Assembly (NCBI GenBank): GCA_040005235.1
Contig: JBDTZG010000108.1
Span: 1 to 12,038, forward strand
Reading direction: 5' to 3'
Length of the DNA: 12,038 nt
Source of the DNA: Acidobacteriota bacterium
GTDB lineage: Bacteria; Acidobacteriota; Thermoanaerobaculia; Multivoradales; UBA5704
Under the pieces are notes generated by a model. It saw nothing but the letters and a program-made list of their open reading frames with translations, was not told where the DNA came from and did no database searches. The position numbers and the translations under genes were made by a program. Of this stretch, positions 8,136 through 12,038 are shown one piece after another. Position 1 is the first letter of the stretch; each line of letters opens with the position of its first letter.

Positions 8136-8335
8136 GCAAGCAGATCGCCGAGGATCTCGTCCGGCGTCCGAGGCCTACAGAGGCCAGCCTCGAAATCGAT
8201 CCGGGCCTCGCGAACCTCGCCGGCGAGGTCATCACGGCGACGCTCGACTAAGCGGCGGCGGACAATCTCGACCAGCTCAGTCTGCTCATCGAGCGGAAGC
8301 TCGTCCACGGCGTCCAGCAACTCAGCAAAGCTCAT
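8132..8335 (-). CDS. Putative type II antitoxin (cognate of the RelE/YafQ-like toxin), 67 aa
   Basis: Small acidic helical protein MSFAELLDAVDELPLDEQTELVEIVRRRL...TPDEILGDLLA. AGGAGG RBS, TATACT -10 upstream (about 8359-8364), and coupling to the toxin remnant. Confidence 0.8.
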   Translation of the reverse strand: MSFAELLDAVDELPLDEQTELVEIVRRRLVERRRDDLAGEVREARIDFEAGLCRPRTPDEILGDLLA

Positions 8336-8459
8336 CGCGGTGCCCTCCTAGCTTCCAAAGTATAGCTCGGCAAACCGGCCTTGAGCCTTTCCCGTGTTCT
8401 TGAACGTTCGGTCCCTTAGGCGTTTCCCCACCCCGTGGTCGACGGGCCCCATTCTAAGG

Positions 8460-9197
8460 TCAGGCAGGGACCTTCGTCCGGCGCTCTTTCGGAAAGCGAA
8501 CAAAGTCGGGATCGAGGAATACCAGGAGGTCGACGAGGGCTTGCTGCAGCACGATGAGTCGGGGACGTGCGGTGTCTAAATTCGTGCTCAGGATTTTGAC
8601 ATCGTCGCTCAGCGCGTCGATCAAACGATCGCCGCTAAGGACTACATTGTCCAAGTAGGCTGCATAGCCGCAGCATTCGAGGCATTGCTTTCCCTTCTTG
8701 ATCATTCTGTCGCCGATGGCTCTTTGCTCGCCCGCGAAGACGCGGAGGATCCGAGGGAAGCGATCGGTCGAGAAAAGGGAATAAATATCATCCTGCAATC
8801 GGGCCAGCCGTCGAGTCGGCTCGCTTTGGCCGAGATCGATATATTGGAGGTCGCGGCGGACGATCTCTGTCCACGCAAAGTACTGGGCGATGAGGAACGT
8901 TGTGTTGTCGACAGCGTAAGAGCGCTCGCGTGGATCGCCCGCGTCATAATAAGCCCCGAGGAAATCCTGCTGGAGGACGTTGTAGAGACGGCTCTGAAGG
9001 TCGTAGGCGGCGCGGGCGAGAGGCTCGCGATACCGCGCCGAGGTTTGCTCGGCGTCGAAGCGGCGCTGTTCGGCCAAACGAAGGCTTTCGAGCTTATCGG
9101 CAAGACGGGTGGTCCGGATTTGGCCCCAGAACGTAAATCCCAAAGTGACCAGCGCGACGGCCGCGGAGACTAAGGCGACGACCAGTTCGATCTTCAT
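8460..9197 (-). CDS. Hypothetical protein with an N-terminal membrane anchor and helical domain, 245 aa
   Basis: Hydrophobic N-terminus, then a charged helical linker, then YREPLARAAYDLQSRLYNVL...FLIAQYFAWTEIVRR...GEQRAIG. Protein-like composition; function not recognised. Confidence 0.8.
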   Translation of the reverse strand: MKIELVVALVSAAVALVTLGFTFWGQIRTTRLADKLESLRLAEQRRFDAEQTSARYREPLARAAYDLQSRLYNVLQQDFLGAYYDAGDPRERSYAVDNTTFLIAQYFAWTEIVRRDLQYIDLGQSEPTRRLARLQDDIYSLFSTDRFPRILRVFAGEQRAIGDRMIKKGKQCLECCGYAAYLDNVVLSGDRLIDALSDDVKILSTNLDTARPRLIVLQQALVDLLVFLDPDFVRFPKERRTKVPA

Positions 9198-9253
9198 ATT
9201 TGACTTTGTCCTTTTCGGTCGCCGTTGGGGCGACCACGCCGTTTATCTTGACA

Positions 9254-9338
9254 CGGGCTTTCAGTCCTTCTGGTGTTCTCGATCATTCCGGTCCTGGGGC
9301 GGTGCCCCAGGCTTTCATAAGACCGCGCCTTTGGCGCT
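9254..9338. repeat. REP-like composite palindromic element
   Basis: Three hairpins: GGGCTTTCAGTCC (9255-9267), CCTGGGGC-ggt-GCCCCAGG (9293-9311) and GCGCC-ttt-GGCGC (9325-9337). An extra hairpin GGTCGCC-N5-GGCGACC lies at 9217-9235. Only one copy is visible in the window. Confidence 0.55.
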
Positions 9339-9399
9339 GGCCCTTTGGGTTTCGTAAAGGCGGACTCACGATCAACTGGGGCGCGCCTGGCCCGGGCTG

Positions 9400-9954
9400 C
9401 TAGGGGAACACGCGTTTCCAGAGCAGCAACAAGCCTTGGACCAAGATGTACCCGCAGGCGGCAGACAGAACGACGAATTTGATTCCGGCCGCCAGGCTCG
9501 CGCCGAGGACGTCGAGCTTCGTGACGCCCTGGCCGAGCGAGTTGAGCATCCGCAGCATGAAGATGTTTTCGGTTGCATCCAAGGGGAGCGCGGCGAGCAT
9601 CGACCAGGCGATGACGAACCCGATCGGCCCGCCGAGTCCTTTCGGAGAACGAGCCAGCAGAGAACAGGCGAGCGAAAAAGCCAGCGGGTAGAGCATCAAG
9701 AACCCGAAGTCCCAGTGGATCTGCTTCTTGGCGAGATCGAGCTTTGAATCGTCGACCCAGGTCTTGATGATGGCTGCGGCACGATCCTGGGTCCAGGCGA
9801 GCTCAAGCGAGACCACCTTCTGCGTCGCCACACTGTTCTTGAGCTTCTCTCCCTGATTGCCGAGAGCAATGGAGTAGAGCACGGTCGCCACCACGAGAAC
9901 CAAGAAAACCACCCAGCGGGCAGGGCCCTGGAGAAACGCGAAAGGGTCGCTCAT
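9400..9954 (-). CDS. Hypothetical integral membrane protein (about 4 TM), 184 aa
   Basis: GGGAGGT RBS, four hydrophobic segments, and polar motifs SLELAWT, WDFGFLMLY, LDATEN and IKF. Confidence 0.85.
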   Translation of the reverse strand: MSDPFAFLQGPARWVVFLVLVVATVLYSIALGNQGEKLKNSVATQKVVSLELAWTQDRAAAIIKTWVDDSKLDLAKKQIHWDFGFLMLYPLAFSLACSLLARSPKGLGGPIGFVIAWSMLAALPLDATENIFMLRMLNSLGQGVTKLDVLGASLAAGIKFVVLSAACGYILVQGLLLLWKRVFP

Positions 9955-10179
9955 CTCTCTACCTCCCGAGATTTATGACTGACCCTACGCCAGGTTTACC
10001 CCGGCGGGACGAATCACCGCAACTCGAAGGGAAAATGGCGCCGCCGCGAGCCGGGTCCCCGGCGCGCTTCCTCGCGGCACCTCTGTAGAGGGAGAAATCC
10101 GGGGTCTTGCGGGGGCACCGACCGCTGTTTCCGGTGCGGGAAGCGGTACCGGGTCCGGAAAAACCGGTCCGCGGGTCAC

Positions 10180-10557
10180 GCGGAACGCTCCTTTGGGTTA
10201 ACGGAATGCTCCACTGAGCGCGCGGAATACTCCGCTAGATCTCAGGAACATTCCTCTGATGCTCAGGAATACTCCGCTGGAGGCCAGGAACATTCCTCCA
10301 AGTACCAGGAATGCTCCTCTGATCCTCAGGAACATTCCGCGCATGCCCAGGAACATTCCTCTGGATATCAGGAGTACTGCGCTGGATCTCCGGAGTATTC
10401 CGCTTACACTCCGGAGCATTCCGCCAGAGTTCAGGAATTGTCCTGAGGATCTCAGGAGTATTCCGCTGAGACCATGGAGTATTCCGTTGATGCTCAGGAG
10501 TATTCCTGGGGGTACGAGGAACACTCCGCTGGACCTCAGGAGCGTTCCGTGCATCTG
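10180..10557. repeat. Tandem array of 18 x 21-bp units with a 12-bp degenerate palindromic core MGGARYRYTCCK
   Basis: Units start at 10180, 10201, 10222 ... 10537 with no indels. GGA is present in 18/18, TCC in 17/18 and the full core in 14/18 (hand count). The 9-bp linkers vary around CTGRWNCTC. Confidence 0.95.
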
Positions 10558-10694
10558 GAGGAGTGGTGGCCGCGCCCTGCAATGCGGTGAAACGATCCGA
10601 CGCTGTCCACCGCGCAGCCTGCGAACTGGTGGTGCGGGTCAAGATATCGCTTTGCGCGACGGGCGGGGTACCCCGCGGACGGGGCCTTGGCGCG

Positions 10695-10719
10695 AAAAAC
10701 TGCCGAGCTGGTGCTCGGC
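10695..10719 (-). terminator. Possible intrinsic terminator of the catalase-DUF2180 operon
   Basis: Minus strand GCCGAGC-acca-GCTCGGC-ag-TTTTT, about 70 nt downstream of the stop at 10792. Confidence 0.45.
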
Positions 10720-10791
10720 GTTCCCGGGGAAAGGCCCCTTGCCGGTGGGCTTCGCGCGGAGCCGCCCGGGATCACCCCGGCCCGTTCGCTC

Positions 10792-10986
10792 CTACGCCGC
10801 GGCGACGACGGGTTGCTCCTTCCGGCTCGCCGCAGGCAGAGCGTGGCCGCAGCCGAGACCTGAGCCTCCGGGGGAGCCGACGGCTAGGCTCGCACGGTGA
10901 TCGGCGCAGAGGCCGATCGAGCAGTGGGGGCAGAGGGCGACCGCTTCGGTCGAGCGGCCGGCATCGTGGCAGGGATAGCAGCGCAT
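10792..10986 (-). CDS. Small Cys/His-rich putative zinc-binding protein (DUF2180-like), 64 aa
   Basis: MRCYPCH...AVALCPHCSIGLCADH...CGH gives CxxC, CxxC and CxxH. GGAGG RBS lies inside the end of the catalase gene; the ATG is 2 nt after the catalase stop. Confidence 0.75.
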   Translation of the reverse strand: MRCYPCHDAGRSTEAVALCPHCSIGLCADHRASLAVGSPGGSGLGCGHALPAASRKEQPVVAAA

Positions 10987-10988
10987 GA

Positions 10989-12038
10989 TCAACCAACCTC
11001 CACAAGTTCAGGGGTACGGACCGCTCCGAGCGCGGTGGGCATCATCACCGCGAGATCGGCGGTGGACATCCCGAGCTCCGCCGCGACCCGCATTCCGTAT
11101 TCTGGGTCGGCGCGGAAGAAGTGGCAGAGCTGCAGGTTCTGGACTTCCGGCCGGGCCTGGGAGAGCGGTGCCGCGATCGCCTTGGCCAGCCGGTCGCGTT
11201 GGCCTTCGTCGAACAGGCGAAAGAGGTTGCCCGCCTGGGTGTAATCGTCGTTGCCGATGCGGTGGTCGTACCGATCGGCCGCGACTTCGCCAAGCGGCAA
11301 CGCCGGTTCACGAAATTCGGGAGACTCGCGCGGCGTACCCGGCACGGTGTTGGGGAAGTAGTTCGGCGCGGCTTCCCCTTGTCCCACGGACATCATCCCG
11401 TCACGCTGGAAATGCATCACCGGGCAGCGCGGGCGGTTGACAGGGAGCTGCTGGAAGTTCGTGCCGATCCGATAGCGGTGGGCGTCGGCGTAGCTCATCA
11501 ACCGAGCCTGGAGCATCTTGTCCGGGCTCCAGGAGATTCCGGGCACCGTGGCGCTCGGCGAGAACGACGCCTGCTCGACCTCGGCGAAATAGTTCTGCGG
11601 GTTGCGATTCAGCTCCAGAATGCCCACCTCGATCAGCGGGAACCGGCCGTGCGGCCAGACCTTGGTGAGATCGAACGGGTTGTATTCGAATTCCGCCGCC
11701 TGCGCCTCGGTCATCACTTGGATGCAGAAGCGCCAACGCGGGAAATCACCCTGCTCGATCGATTGGAACAGATCGCGCTGGTGCGATTCGCGATCGCTGC
11801 CGATCAGGGCGGTCGACTCTTCGCCGGTCATGTTGTCGATTCCCTGGAGCGTCTTGAAATGGAATTTGCACCAGGTGCGGTTTCCGGCCTCGTCGATTAG
11901 GCTGTACGTGTGGCTGCCGAAGCCATGCATGTGGCGATAGCTCCGGGGCAGGCCGCGATCGGAAAACAGGATCGTCACCTGATGCAGCGACTCCGGCGAC
12001 TGCGACCAGAAATCCCACTGCATGTCCATGTCGCGCAG
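10989..12038 (-). CDS. katA: Monofunctional heme catalase, small-subunit type; 5' part outside the window
   Basis: WDFWSQSPESLHQVTILFSDRG, MHGFGSHTY, NPFDLTKVWPH, FAEVEQASFSP and the proximal heme-ligand motif RLMSYADAHRYR. The frame is open to the window edge. Confidence 0.97.
   Translation of the reverse strand: MRDMDMQWDFWSQSPESLHQVTILFSDRGLPRSYRHMHGFGSHTYSLIDEAGNRTWCKFHFKTLQGIDNMTGEESTALIGSDRESHQRDLFQSIEQGDFPRWRFCIQVMTEAQAAEFEYNPFDLTKVWPHGRFPLIEVGILELNRNPQNYFAEVEQASFSPSATVPGISWSPDKMLQARLMSYADAHRYRIGTNFQQLPVNRPRCPVMHFQRDGMMSVGQGEAAPNYFPNTVPGTPRESPEFREPALPLGEVAADRYDHRIGNDDYTQAGNLFRLFDEGQRDRLAKAIAAPLSQARPEVQNLQLCHFFRADPEYGMRVAAELGMSTADLAVMMPTALGAVRTPELVEVG

Noticed and set aside
8370-8459. 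Possible small RNA after minus-strand TAGAAT (GGGGCCCG...)
   Set aside because: No tRNA cloverleaf, tmRNA or other recognisable RNA motif; it may simply be a second promoter for the antitoxin.
9248-9253. Perfect TTGACA -35 on the plus strand
   Set aside because: No -10 hexamer at 16-18 nt spacing and no credible downstream plus-strand gene.
6415-9960. Integron cassette array (co-oriented small genes and TA pairs)
   Set aside because: No paired RYYYAAC...GTTRRRY attC structures follow the stops. A lone GTTAGGT near 7348-7354 (minus) has no matching R'' site, and no integrase is present.
9985-10179. 64-aa Pro-rich minus ORF as a gene or as a continuation of the array
   Set aside because: The 21-bp core is lost left of about 10160 and the peptide is low-complexity with no recognisable motif.
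10180-10557. CRISPR array interpretation of the 21-bp repeat
   Set aside because: The repeat core (12 bp, degenerate) and linkers (9 bp, mutually similar) are far shorter than CRISPR repeats and spacers. No leader or cas gene is in the window.
11121-11900. 259-aa plus-strand ORF
   Set aside because: Antisense shadow of the catalase gene.

Overview
GC-rich bacterial window with almost all genes on the minus strand; an Acidobacteriota-like origin is only an impression. Left to right: a secreted S9 peptidase (3'-truncated, missing from the ORF track), a divergent orphan DUF433 antitoxin-like gene, a standalone B3/4 tRNA-editing-domain gene, and a YtrA(GntR)-ABC ATPase-permease operon with a candidate operator. 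Next comes an accessory stretch: a Phd/UPF0175-DUF3368(PIN) TA pair, a beta-barrel hypothetical, an antitoxin with a frameshifted RelE/YafQ-type toxin (not in the ORF track), two membrane hypotheticals and a REP-like hairpin element. The window ends with a small Cys/His (DUF2180-like) gene coupled to a heme catalase (5'-truncated). The most unusual element is an indel-free array at 10180-10557 of 18 units of 21 bp, each with a 12-bp degenerate palindrome (MGGARYRYTCCK) and a 9-bp variable linker. All family assignments come from motif recognition by eye; no searches were run.
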